This document shows positions 1 through 12,077 of a stretch of DNA of 64,000 nt, one piece after another. The notes below the pieces were generated by a model that saw only the letters and a program-made list of their open reading frames with translations, did not search any database and was not told the origin of the DNA. The stretch's first letter is position 1. Each line of letters opens with the position of its first letter. The position numbers were made by a program, and so were the translations under genes. Origin of the DNA: Auanema rhodensis (taxonomy: Eukaryota; Animalia; Nematoda); contig OZ059899.1 of the NCBI GenBank assembly GCA_964057225.1, positions 20,894,001 to 20,958,000 of the forward strand, written 5' to 3'.

Positions 1-75
1 CCTCGATTTTCACCCTGAAGAATTAATTTTTTCGTTGAATAACATTGTCCATCGTCTTTGCCTCGAAAAAAGGAA

Positions 76-147
76 TCTAAAAACATCTACGTTTCGCTAA
101 ATTATTTTGAAATTTTTCGAAAAAATTTTTGTCAAAATGTTTTTGGA
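76..147. repeat. A/T-tract-rich segment with nested dyad symmetries (per monomer)
   Basis: TCTAAAAACAT (76-86)/ATGTTTTTGGA (137-147) are 10/11 complementary. Also ATTTTGA/TCAAAAT and the perfect palindromes TTTTTCGAAAAA (113-124) and AAAAATTTTT (121-130). Confidence 0.8.
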
Positions 148-151
148 AGCA

Positions 152-179
152 ATGTTGAGTGTACATGGAAACTCAACAT
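152..179. repeat. Perfect 9-bp inverted repeat with 10-nt spacer (per monomer)
   Basis: ATGTTGAGT-gtacatggaa-ACTCAACAT. Confidence 0.9.
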
Positions 180-262
180 ACACTAATGCATCATTTTTCA
201 AACGATCATAACTAATTTTTGTATTAACCGTTTCTCAATGTAGTATAGTGCATTCGATGCGG

Positions 263-313
263 ATTTTTAAGCTGCGTCGATCTGTGTTATCAGATTTGCG
301 CTAGCTTAAAAAT
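263..313. repeat. 51-bp imperfect inverted repeat, present in every monomer
   Basis: ATTTTTAAGCT (263-273) pairs with AGCTTAAAAAT (303-313), then GCG/CGC, then ATCTG (280-284)/CAGAT (291-295), with loop TGTTAT. Confidence 0.9.
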
Positions 314-330
314 GCACCTAGATATCAACT

Positions 331-352
331 GATATAAGTTCACACTTATATC
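331..352. repeat. Perfect 9-bp inverted repeat with 4-nt loop (per monomer)
   Basis: GATATAAGT-tcac-ACTTATATC. Confidence 0.9.
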
Positions 353-2106
353 CTCGATTTTCACCCTGAAGAATTAATTTTTTCGTTGAATAACATTGTC
401 CATCGTCTTTGCCTTGATAAAAGGAATCTAAAAACATCTACTTTTTGCTAAATTATTTTGAAATTTTTCGAAAAAATTTTTGTCAAAATGTTTTTGGAAG
501 CAATGTTGAGTGTACATGGAAACTCAACATACACTAATGCATCATTTTTCAAACGATCATAACTAATTTTTGTATTAAGCGTTTCTCATTGTAGTATAGT
601 GCATTCGATGCGGATTTTTAAGCTGCGTCGATCTGTGTTATCAGATTTGCGCTAGCTTAAAAATGCACCTAGATATCAACTGATATAAGTTCACACTTAT
701 ATCCTCGATTTTCACCCTGAAGAATTAATTTTTTCGTTGATTAACATTGTCCATCGTCTTTGCCTCGAAAAAAGGAATCTAAAAACATCTACGTTTCGCT
801 AAATTATTTTGAAATTTTTCGAAAAAATTTTTGTCAAAATGTTTTTGGAAGCAATGTTGAGTGTACATGGAAACTCAACATACACTAATGCATCATTTTT
901 CAAACGATCATAACTAATTTTTGTATTAACCGTTTCTCAATGTAGTATAGTGCATTCGATGCGGATTTTTAAGCTGCGTCGATCTGTGTTATCAGATTTG
1001 CGCTAGCTTAAAAATGCACCTAGATATCAACTGATATAAGTTCACACTTATATCCTCGATTTTCACCCTGAAGAATTAATTTTTTCGTTGAATAACATTG
1101 TCCATCGTCTTTGCCTTGATAAAAGGAATCTAAAAACATCTACTTTTTGCTAAATTATTTTGAAATTTTTCGAAAAAATTTTTGTCAAAATGTTTTTGGA
1201 AGCAATGTTGAGTGTACATGGAAACTCAACATACACTAATGCATCATTTTTCAAACGATCATAACTAATTTTTGTATTAACCGTTTCTCAATGTAGTATA
1301 GTGCATTCGATGCGGATTTTTAAGCTGCGTCGATCTGTGTTATCAGATTTGCGCTAGCTTAAAAATGCACCTAGATATCAACTGATATAAGTTCACACTT
1401 ATATCCTCGATTTTCACCCTGAAGAATTAATTTTTTCGTTGAATAACATTGTCCATCGTCTTTGCCTCGAAAAAAGGAATATAAAAACATCTACGTTTCG
1501 CTAAATTATTTTGAAATTTTTCGAAAAAATTTTTGTCAAAATGTTTTTGGAAGCAATGTTGAGTGTACATGGAAACTCAACATACACTAATGCATCATTT
1601 TTCAAACGATCATAACTAATTTTTGTATTAACCGTTTCTCAATGTAGTATAGTGCATTCGATGCGGATTTTTAAGCTGCGTCGATCTGTGTTATCAGATT
1701 TGCGCTAGCTTAAAAATGCACCTAGATATCAACTGATATAAGTTCACACTTATATCCTCGATTTTCACCCTGAAGAATTAATTTTTTCGTTGAATAACAT
1801 TGTCCATCGTCTTTGCCTTGATAAAAGGAATCTAAAAACATCTACTTTTTGCTAAATTATTTTGAAATTTTTCGAAAAAATTTTTGTCAAAATGTTTTTG
1901 GAAGCAATGTTGAGTGTACATGGAAACTCAACATACACTAATGCATCATTTTTCAAACGATCATAACTAATTTTTGTATTAAGCGTTTCTCATTGTAGTA
2001 TAGTGCATTCGATGCGGATTTTTAAGCTGCGTCGATCTGTGTTATCAGATTTGCGCTAGCTTAAAAATGCACCGAGATATCAACTGATAAAAGTTCACAC
2101 TTATAT

Positions 2107-2422
2107 CCTCGATTTTCACCCTGAAGAATTAATTTTTTCGTTGAATAACATTGTCCATCGTCTTTGCCTTGAAAAAAGAAATCTAAAAACAAAAAATTTT
2201 TGTCAAAATGTTTTTGGAAGCAATGTTGAGTGTACATGGAAACTCAACATACACTAATGCATCATTTTTCAAATGATCATAACTAATTATTGTATCAAGC
2301 GTTTCTCAATGTAATATAGTGCATTCGATGCGGATTTTCAAGTTGCGTCGATCTGTGTTATCAGATTTGCGCTAGCTTAAAAATGCACCTAGATATCAAC
2401 TGATATAAGTTCACACTTATAT
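2107..2422 (+). repeat. 316-bp monomer with 35-bp deletion (p85-119), copy 1
   Basis: ATCTAAAAAC|AAAAAATTTTTGTC junction at 2190/2191; the next monomer starts at 2423. Confidence 0.97.
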
Positions 2423-5400
2423 CCTCGATTTTCACCCTGAAGAATTAATTTTTTCGTTGAATAACATTGTCCATCGTCTTTGCCTTGATAAAAGGAATCT
2501 AAAAACATCTACTTTTTGCTAAATTATTTTGAAATTTTTCGAAAAAATTTTTGTCAAAATGTTTTTGGAAGCAATGTTGAGTGTACATGGAAACTCAACA
2601 TACACTAATGCATCATTTTTCAAACGATCATAACTAATTTTTGTATTAAGCGTTTCTCATTGTAGTATAGTGCATTCGATGCGGATTTTTAAGTTGCGTC
2701 GATCTGTGTTATCAGATTTGCGCTAGCTTAAAAATGCACCTAGATATCAACTGATATAAGTTCACACTTATATCCTCGATTTTCACCCTGAAGAATTAAT
2801 TTTTTCGTTGATTAACATTGTCCATCGTCTTTGCCTTGAAAAAAGGAATCTAAAAACATCTACTTTTCGCTAAATTATGTTGAAATTTTTCGAAAAAATT
2901 TTTGTCAAAATGTTTTTGGAAGCAATGTTGAGTGTACATGGAAACTCAACATACACTAATGCATCATTTTTCAAACGATCATAACTAATTTTTGTATTAA
3001 GCGTTTCCCAATGAAGTATAGTGCATTCGATGCGGATTTTTAAGCTGCGTCGATCTGTGTTATCAGATTTGCGCTAGCTTAGAAATGCACCGAGATATCA
3101 ACTGATATAAGTTCACACTTATATCCTCGATTTTCACCCTGAAGAATTAATTTTTTCGTTGAATAACATTGTCCATCGTCTTTGCCTCGAAAAAAGGAAT
3201 CTAAAAACATCTACGTTTCGCTAAATTATTTTGAAATTTTTCGAAAAAATTTTTGTCAAAATGTTTTTGGAAGCAATGTTGAGTGTACATGGAAACTCAA
3301 CATACACTAATGCATCATTTTTCAAACGATCATAACTAATTTTTGTATTAACCGTTTCTCAATGTAGTATAGTGCATTCGATGCGGATTTTTAAGCTGCG
3401 TCGATCTGTGTTATCAGATTTGCGCTAGCTTAAAAATGCACCTAGATATCAACTGATATAAGTTCACACTTATATCCTCGATTTTCACCCTGAAGAATTA
3501 ATTTTTTCGTTGAATAACATTGTCCATCGTCTTTGCCTTGATAAAAGGAATCTAAAAACATCTACTTTTTGCTAAATTATTTTGAAATTTTTCGAAAAAA
3601 TTTTTGTCAAAATGTTTTTGGAAGCAATGTTGAGTGTACATGGAAACTCAACATACACTAATGCATCATTTTTCAAACGATCATAACTAATTTTTGTATT
3701 AACCGTTTCTCAATGTAGTATAGTGCATTCGATGCGGATTTTTAAGCTGCGTCGATCTGTGTTATCAGATTTGCGCTAGCTTAAAAATGCACCTAGATAT
3801 CAACTGATATAAGTTCACACTTATATCCTCGATTTTCACCCTGAAGAATTAATTTTTTCGTTGAATAACATTGTCCATCGTCTTTGCCTCGAAAAAAGGA
3901 ATCTAAAAACATCTACGTTTCGCTAAATTATTTTGAAATTTTTCGAAAAAATTTTTGTCAAAATGTTTTTGGAAGCAATGTTGAGTGTACATGGAAACTC
4001 AACATACACTAATGCATCATTTTTCAAACGATCATAACTAATTTTTGTATTAACCGTTTCTCAATGTAGTATAGTGCATTCGATGCGGATTTTTAAGCTG
4101 CGTCGATCTGTGTTATCAGATTTGCGCTAGCTTAAAAATGCACCTAGATATCAACTGATATAAGTTCACACTTATATCCTCGATTTTCACCCTGAAGAAT
4201 TAATTTTTTCGTTGAATAACATTGTCCATCGTCTTTGCCTTGATAAAAGGAATCTAAAAACATCTACTTTTTGCTAAATTATTTTGAAATTTTTCGAAAA
4301 AATTTTTGTCAAAATGTTTTTGGAAGCAATGTTGAGTGTACATGGAAACTCAACATACACTAATGCATCATTTTTCAAACGATCATAACTAATTTTTGTA
4401 TTAAGCGTTTCTCATTGTAGTATAGTGCATTCGATGCGGATTTTTAAGCTGCGTCGATCTGTGTTATCAGATTTGCGCTAGCTTAAAAATGCACCTAGAT
4501 ATCAACTGATATAAGTTCACACTTATATCCTCGATTTTCACCCTGAAGAATTAATTTTTTCGTTGATTAACATTGTCCATCGTCTTTGCCTCGAAAAAAG
4601 GAATCTAAAAACATCTACGTTTCGCTAAATTATTTTGAAATTTTTCGAAAAAATTTTTGTCAAAATGTTTTTGGAAGCAATGTTGAGTGTACATGGAAAC
4701 TCAACATACACTAATGCATCATTTTTCAAACGATCATAACTAATTTTTGTATTAACCGTTTCTCAATGTAGTATAGTGCATTCGATGCGGATTTTTAAGC
4801 TGCGTCGATCTGTGTTATCAGATTTGCGCTAGCTTAAAAATGCACCTAGATATCAACTGATATAAGTTCACACTTATATCCTCGATTTTCACCCTGAAGA
4901 ATTAATTTTTTCGTTGAATAACATTGTCCATCGTCTTTGCCTTGATAAAAGGAATCTAAAAACATCTACTTTTTGCTAAATTATTTTGAAATTTTTCGAA
5001 AAAATTTTTGTCAAAATGTTTTTGGAAGCAATGTTGAGTGTACATGGAAACTCAACATACACTAATGCATCATTTTTCAAACGATCATAACTAATTTTTG
5101 TATTAACCGTTTCTCAATGTAGTATAGTGCATTCGATGCGGATTTTTAAGCTGCGTCGATCTGTGTTATCAGATTTGCGCTAGCTTAAAAATGCACCTAG
5201 ATATCAACTGATATAAGTTCACACTTATATCCTCGATTTTCACCCTGAAGAATTAATTTTTTCGTTGAATAACATTGTCCATCGTCTTTGCCTCGAAAAA
5301 AGGAATATAAAAACATCTACGTTTCGCTAAATTATTTTGAAATTTTTCGAAAAAATTTTTGTCAAAATGTTTTTGGAAGCAATGTTGAGTGTACATGGAA

Positions 5401-5932
5401 ACTCAACATACACTAATGCATCATTTTTCAAACGATCATAACTAATTTTTGTATTAACCGTTTCTCAATGTAGTATAGTGCATTCGATGCGGATTTTTAA
5501 GCTGCGTCGATCTGTGTTATCAGATTTGCGCTAGCTTAAAAATGCACCTAGATATCAACTGATATAAGTTCACACTTATATCCTCGATTTTCACCCTGAA
5601 GAATTAATTTTTTCGTTGAATAACATTGTCCATCGTCTTTGCCTTGATAAAAGGAATCTAAAAACATCTACTTTTTGCTAAATTATTTTGAAATTTTTCG
5701 AAAAAATTTTTGTCAAAATGTTTTTGGAAGCAATGTTGAGTGTACATGGAAACTCAACATACACTAATGCATCATTTTTCAAACGATCATAACTAATTTT
5801 TGTATTAAGCGTTTCTCATTGTAGTATAGTGCATTCGATGCGGATTTTTAAGCTGCGTCGATCTGTGTTATCAGATTTGCGCTAGCTTAAAAATGCACCG
5901 AGATATCAACTGATAAAAGTTCACACTTATAT

Positions 5933-6248
5933 CCTCGATTTTCACCCTGAAGAATTAATTTTTTCGTTGAATAACATTGTCCATCGTCTTTGCCTTGAAA
6001 AAAGAAATCTAAAAACAAAAAATTTTTGTCAAAATGTTTTTGGAAGCAATGTTGAGTGTACATGGAAACTCAACATACACTAATGCATCATTTTTCAAAT
6101 GATCATAACTAATTATTGTATCAAGCGTTTCTCAATGTAATATAGTGCATTCGATGCGGATTTTCAAGTTGCGTCGATCTGTGTTATCAGATTTGCGCTA
6201 GCTTAAAAATGCACCTAGATATCAACTGATATAAGTTCACACTTATAT
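5933..6248 (+). repeat. 316-bp deletion monomer, copy 2
   Basis: Same junction at 6016/6017. Confidence 0.97.
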
Positions 6249-9056
6249 CCTCGATTTTCACCCTGAAGAATTAATTTTTTCGTTGAATAACATTGTCCAT
6301 CGTCTTTGCCTTGATAAAAGGAATCTAAAAACATCTACTTTTTGCTAAATTATTTTGAAATTTTTCGAAAAAATTTTTGTCAAAATGTTTTTGGAAGCAA
6401 TGTTGAGTGTACATGGAAACTCAACATACACTAATGCATCATTTTTCAAACGATCATAACTAATTTTTGTATTAAGCGTTTCTCATTGTAGTATAGTGCA
6501 TTCGATGCGGATTTTTAAGTTGCGTCGATCTGTGTTATCAGATTTGCGCTAGCTTAAAAATGCACCTAGATATCAACTGATATAAGTTCACACTTATATC
6601 CTCGATTTTCACCCTGAAGAATTAATTTTTTCGTTGATTAACATTGTCCATCGTCTTTGCCTTGAAAAAAGGAATCTAAAAACATCTACTTTTCGCTAAA
6701 TTATGTTGAAATTTTTCGAAAAAATTTTTGTCAAAATGTTTTTGGAAGCAATGTTGAGTGTACATGGAAACTCAACATACACTAATGCATCATTTTTCAA
6801 ACGATCATAACTAATTTTTGTATTAAGCGTTTCCCAATGAAGTATAGTGCATTCGATGCGGATTTTTAAGCTGCGTCGATCTGTGTTATCAGATTTGCGC
6901 TAGCTTAGAAATGCACCGAGATATCAACTGATATAAGTTCACACTTATATCCTCGATTTTCACCCTGAAGAATTAATTTTTTCGTTGAATAACATTGTCC
7001 ATCGTCTTTGCCTTGAAAAAAGGAATCTAAAAACATCTACTTTTTGCTAAATTATTTTGAAATTGTTCGAAAAAATTTTTGTCAAAATGTTTTTGGAAGC
7101 AATGTTGAGTGTACATGGAAACTCAACATACACTAATGCATCATTTTTCAAACGATCATAACTAATTTTTGTATTAAGCGTTTCTCAATGTAATATAGTG
7201 CATTCGATGCGGATTTTTAAGCTGCGTCGATCTGTGTTATCAGATTTGCGCTAGCTTAAAAATGCACCGAGATATCAACTGATATAAGTTCACACTTATA
7301 TCCTCGATTTTCACCCTGAAGAATTAATTTTTTCGTTGAATAACATTGTCCATCGTCTTTGCCTTGAAAAAAGAAATCTGAAAACATCTACTTTTTGCTA
7401 AATTATTTTGAAATTTTTCGAAAAAATTTTTGTCAAAATGTTTTTGGAAGCAATGTTGAGTGTACATGGAAACTCAACATACACTAATGCATCATTTTTC
7501 AAACGATCATAACTAATTTTTGTATTAACCGTTTCTCAATGTAGTATAGTGCATTCGATGCGGATTTTTAAGCTGCGTCGATCTGTGTTATCAGATTTGC
7601 GCTAGCTTAAAAATGCACCTAGATATCAACTGATATAAGTTCACACTTATATCCTCGATTTTCACCCTGAAGAATTAATTTTTTCGTTGATTAACATTGT
7701 CCATCGTCTTTGCCTCGAAAAAAGGAATCTAAAAACATCTACGTTTCGCTAAATTATTTTGAAATTTTTCGAAAAAATTTTTGTCAAAATGTTTTTGGAA
7801 GCAATGTTGAGTGTACATGGAAACTCAACATACACTAATGCATCATTTTTCAAACGATCATAACTAATTTTTGTATTAACCGTTTCTCAATGTAGTATAG
7901 TGCATTCGATGCGGATTTTTAAGCTGCGTCGATCTGTGTTATCAGATTTGCGCTAGCTTAAAAATGCACCTAGATATCAACTGATATAAGTTCACACTTA
8001 TATCCTCGATTTTCACCCTGAAGAATTAATTTTTTCGTTGAATAACATTGTCCATCGTCTTTGCCTTGATAAAAGGAATCTAAAAACATCTACTTTTTGC
8101 TAAATTATTTTGAAATTTTTCGAAAAAATTTTTGTCAAAATGTTTTTGGAAGCAATGTTGAGTGTACATGGAAACTCAACATACACTAATGCATCATTTT
8201 TCAAACGATCATAACTAATTTTTGTATTAACCGTTTCTCAATGTAGTATAGTGCATTCGATGCGGATTTTTAAGCTGCGTCGATCTGTGTTATCAGATTT
8301 GCGCTAGCTTAAAAATGCACCTAGATATCAACTGATATAAGTTCACACTTATATCCTCGATTTTCACCCTGAAGAATTAATTTTTTCGTTGAATAACATT
8401 GTCCATCGTCTTTGCCTCGAAAAAAGGAATCTAAAAACATCTACGTTTCGCTAAATTATTTTGAAATTTTTCGAAAAAATTTTTGTCAAAATGTTTTTGG
8501 AAGCAATGTTGAGTGTACATGGAAACTCAACATACACTAATGCATCATTTTTCAAACGATCATAACTAATTTTTGTATTAACCGTTTCTCAATGTAGTAT
8601 AGTGCATTCGATGCGGATTTTTAAGCTGCGTCGATCTGTGTTATCAGATTTGCGCTAGCTTAAAAATGCACCTAGATATCAACTGATATAAGTTCACACT
8701 TATATCCTCGATTTTCACCCTGAAGAATTAATTTTTTCGTTGAATAACATTGTCCATCGTCTTTGCCTTGATAAAAGGAATCTAAAAACATCTACTTTTT
8801 GCTAAATTATTTTGAAATTTTTCGAAAAAATTTTTGTCAAAATGTTTTTGGAAGCAATGTTGAGTGTACATGGAAACTCAACATACACTAATGCATCATT
8901 TTTCAAACGATCATAACTAATTTTTGTATTAAGCGTTTCTCATTGTAGTATAGTGCATTCGATGCGGATTTTTAAGCTGCGTCGATCTGTGTTATCAGAT
9001 TTGCGCTAGCTTAAAAATGCACCGAGATATCAACTGATAAAAGTTCACACTTATAT

Positions 9057-9372
9057 CCTCGATTTTCACCCTGAAGAATTAATTTTTTCGTTGAATAACA
9101 TTGTCCATCGTCTTTGCCTTGAAAAAAGAAATCTAAAAACAAAAAATTTTTGTCAAAATGTTTTTGGAAGCAATGTTGAGTGTACATGGAAACTCAACAT
9201 ACACTAATGCATCATTTTTCAAATGATCATAACTAATTATTGTATCAAGCGTTTCTCAATGTAATATAGTGCATTCGATGCGGATTTTTAAGTTGCGTCG
9301 ATCTGTGTTATCAGATTTGCGCTAGCTTAAAAATGCACCTAGATATCAACTGATATAAGTTCACACTTATAT
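9057..9372 (+). repeat. 316-bp deletion monomer, copy 3
   Basis: Same junction at 9140/9141. Confidence 0.97.
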
Positions 9373-11478
9373 CCTCGATTTTCACCCTGAAGAATTAATT
9401 TTTGCGTTGATTAACATTGTCCATCGTCTTTGCCTCGAAAAAAGGAATCTAAAAACATCTACGTTTCGCTAAATTATTTTGAAATTTTTGGAAAAAATTT
9501 TTGTCAAAATGTTTTTGGAAGCAATGTTGAGTGTACATGGAAACTCAACATACACTAATGCATCATTTTTCAAACGATCATAACTAATTTTTGTATTAAG
9601 CGTTTCTCAATGTAGTATAGTGCATTCGATGCGGATTTTTAAGCTGCGTCGATCTTTGTTATCAGATTTGCGCTAGCTTAAAAATGCACCGAGATATCAA
9701 CTGATATAAGTTCACACTTATATCCTCGATTTTCACCCTGAAGAATTAATTTTTTCGTTGAATAACATTGTCCATCGTCTTTGCCTTGAAAAAAGAAATC
9801 TAAAAACATCTACTTTTTGCTAAATTATTTTGAAATTTTTCGAAAAAATTTTTGTCAAAATGTTTTTGGAAGCAATGTTGAGTGTACATGGAAACTCAAC
9901 ATACACTAATGCATCATTTTTCAAACGATCATAACTGATTTTTGTATTAACCGTTTCTCAATGTAGTATAGTGCATTCGATGCGGATTTTTAAGCTGCGT
10001 CGATCTGTGTTATCAGATTTGCGCTAGCTTAAAAATGCACCGAGATATCAACTGATAAAAGTTCACACTTATATCCTCGATTTTCACCCTGAAGAATTAA
10101 TTTTTTCGTTGATTAACATTGTCCATCGTCTTTGCCTCGAAAAAAGGAATCTAAAAACATCTACGTTTCGCTAAATTATTTTGAAATTTTTCGAAAAAAT
10201 TTTTGTCAAAATGTTTTTGGAAGCAATGTTGAGTGTACATGGAAACTCAACATACACTAATGCATCATTTTTCAAACGATCATAACTAATTTTTGTATTA
10301 ACCGTTTCTCAATGTAGTATAGTGCATTCGATGCGGATTTTTAAGCTGCGTCGATCTGTGTTATCAGATTTGCGCTAGCTTAAAAATGCACCTAGATATC
10401 AACTGATATAAGTTCACACTTATATCCTCGATTTTCACCCTGAAGAATTAATTTTTTCGTTGAATAACATTGTCCATCGTCTTTGCCTTGATAAAAGGAA
10501 TCTAAAAACATCTACTTTTTGCTAAATTATTTTGAAATTTTTCGAAAAAATTTTTGTCAAAATGTTTTTGGAAGCAATGTTGAGTGTACATGGAAACTCA
10601 ACATACACTAATGCATCATTTTTCAAACGATCATAACTAATTTTTGTATTAACCGTTTCTCAATGTAGTATAGTGCATTCGATGCGGATTTTTAAGCTGC
10701 GTCGATCTGTGTTATCAGATTTGCGCTAGCTTAAAAATGCACCTAGATATCAACTGATATAAGTTCACACTTATATCCTCGATTTTCACCCTGAAGAATT
10801 AATTTTTTCGTTGAATAACATTGTCCATCGTCTTTGCCTCGAAAAAAGGAATCTAAAAACATCTACGTTTCGCTAAATTATTTTGAAATTTTTCGAAAAA
10901 ATTTTTGTCAAAATGTTTTTGGAAGCAATGTTGAGTGTACATGGAAACTCAACATACACTAATGCATCATTTTTCAAACGATCATAACTAATTTTTGTAT
11001 TAACCGTTTCTCAATGTAGTATAGTGCATTCGATGCGGATTTTTAAGCTGCGTCGATCTGTGTTATCAGATTTGCGCTAGCTTAAAAATGCACCTAGATA
11101 TCAACTGATATAAGTTCACACTTATATCCTCGATTTTCACCCTGAAGAATTAATTTTTTCGTTGAATAACATTGTCCATCGTCTTTGCCTTGATAAAAGG
11201 AATCTAAAAACATCTACTTTTTGCTAAATTATTTTGAAATTTTTCGAAAAAATTTTTGTCAAAATGTTTTTGGAAGCAATGTTGAGTGTACATGGAAACT
11301 CAACATACACTAATGCATCATTTTTCAAACGATCATAACTAATTTTTGTATTAAGCGTTTCTCATTGTAGTATAGTGCATTCGATGCGGATTTTTAAGCT
11401 GCGTCGATCTGTGTTATCAGATTTGCGCTAGCTTAAAAATGCACCGAGATATCAACTGATAAAAGTTCACACTTATAT

Positions 11479-11794
11479 CCTCGATTTTCACCCTGAAGAA
11501 TTAATTTTTTCGTTGAATAACATTGTCCATCGTCTTTGCCTTGAAAAAAGAAATCTAAAAACAAAAAATTTTTGTCAAAATGTTTTTGGAAGCAATGTTG
11601 AGTGTACATGGAAACTCAACATACACTAATGCATCATTTTTCAAATGATCATAACTAATTATTGTATCAAGCGTTTCTCAATGTAATATAGTGCATTCGA
11701 TGCGGATTTTTAAGTTGCGTCGATCTGTGTTATCAGATTTGCGCTAGCTTAAAAATGCACCTAGATATCAACTGATATAAGTTCACACTTATAT
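11479..11794 (+). repeat. 316-bp deletion monomer, copy 4
   Basis: Same junction at 11562/11563. Confidence 0.97.
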
Positions 11795-12077
11795 CCTCGA
11801 TTTTCACCCTGAAGAATTAATTTTTGCGTTGATTAACATTGTCCATCGTCTTTGCCTCGAAAAAAGGAATCTAAAAACATCTACGTTTCGCTAAATTATT
11901 TTGAAATTTTTGGAAAAAATTTTTGTCAAAATGTTTTTGGAAGCAATGTTGAGTGTACATGGAAACTCAACATACACTAATGCATCATTTTTCAAACGAT
12001 CATAACTAATTTTTGTATTAAGCGTTTCTCAATGTAGTATAGTGCATTCGATGCGGATTTTTAAGCTGCGTCGATCT

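Larger units (their letters stand above)
1..351 (+). repeat. Reference monomer (arbitrary phase), about 32% GC, A/T-tract rich
   Basis: Hand count: 112 G+C in 351 nt. It carries single BstBI (TTCGAA p116), BsrGI (TGTACA p160), NsiI (ATGCAT p186), NheI (GCTAGC p300) and EcoRV (GATATC p321) sites. Confidence 0.97.
1..6950 (+). repeat. Higher-order duplication, period 11 monomers (3826 bp)
   Basis: Monomers 1-9 (1-3124) match monomers 12-20 (3827-6950). Shared private variants: GGAATATAA, TTTTCAAGTT, TTCCCAATGAAG, CTTAGAAATG and the deletion. Confidence 0.92.

Noticed and set aside
30-46. CENP-B-box-like motif TTTCGTTGAATAACATT
   Set aside because: It matches only TTCG and the A of NTTCGNNNNANNCGGGN (5 of 9). 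The CGGG half is missing and the A (p39) is polymorphic.
76-313. MITE or Helitron identity of the monomer based on its inverted repeats
   Set aside because: The inverted repeats are internal and short, and there are no element ends, target-site duplications or coding remnants in the window. A transposon origin remains possible but is unsupported here.
1-351. Tandem RNA gene (5S rRNA, tRNA, snRNA, SL RNA) repeat unit
   Set aside because: No recognisable 5S sequence, tRNA cloverleaf, Pol III A/B boxes or spliced-leader sequence on either strand by eye. An Infernal/Rfam scan would be the definitive test.
331-362. Hairpin followed by T-run as an intrinsic terminator
   Set aside because: The stem is AT-rich, the T-run is only 4 nt and separated from the stem, there is no upstream gene, and the context is not prokaryote-like.
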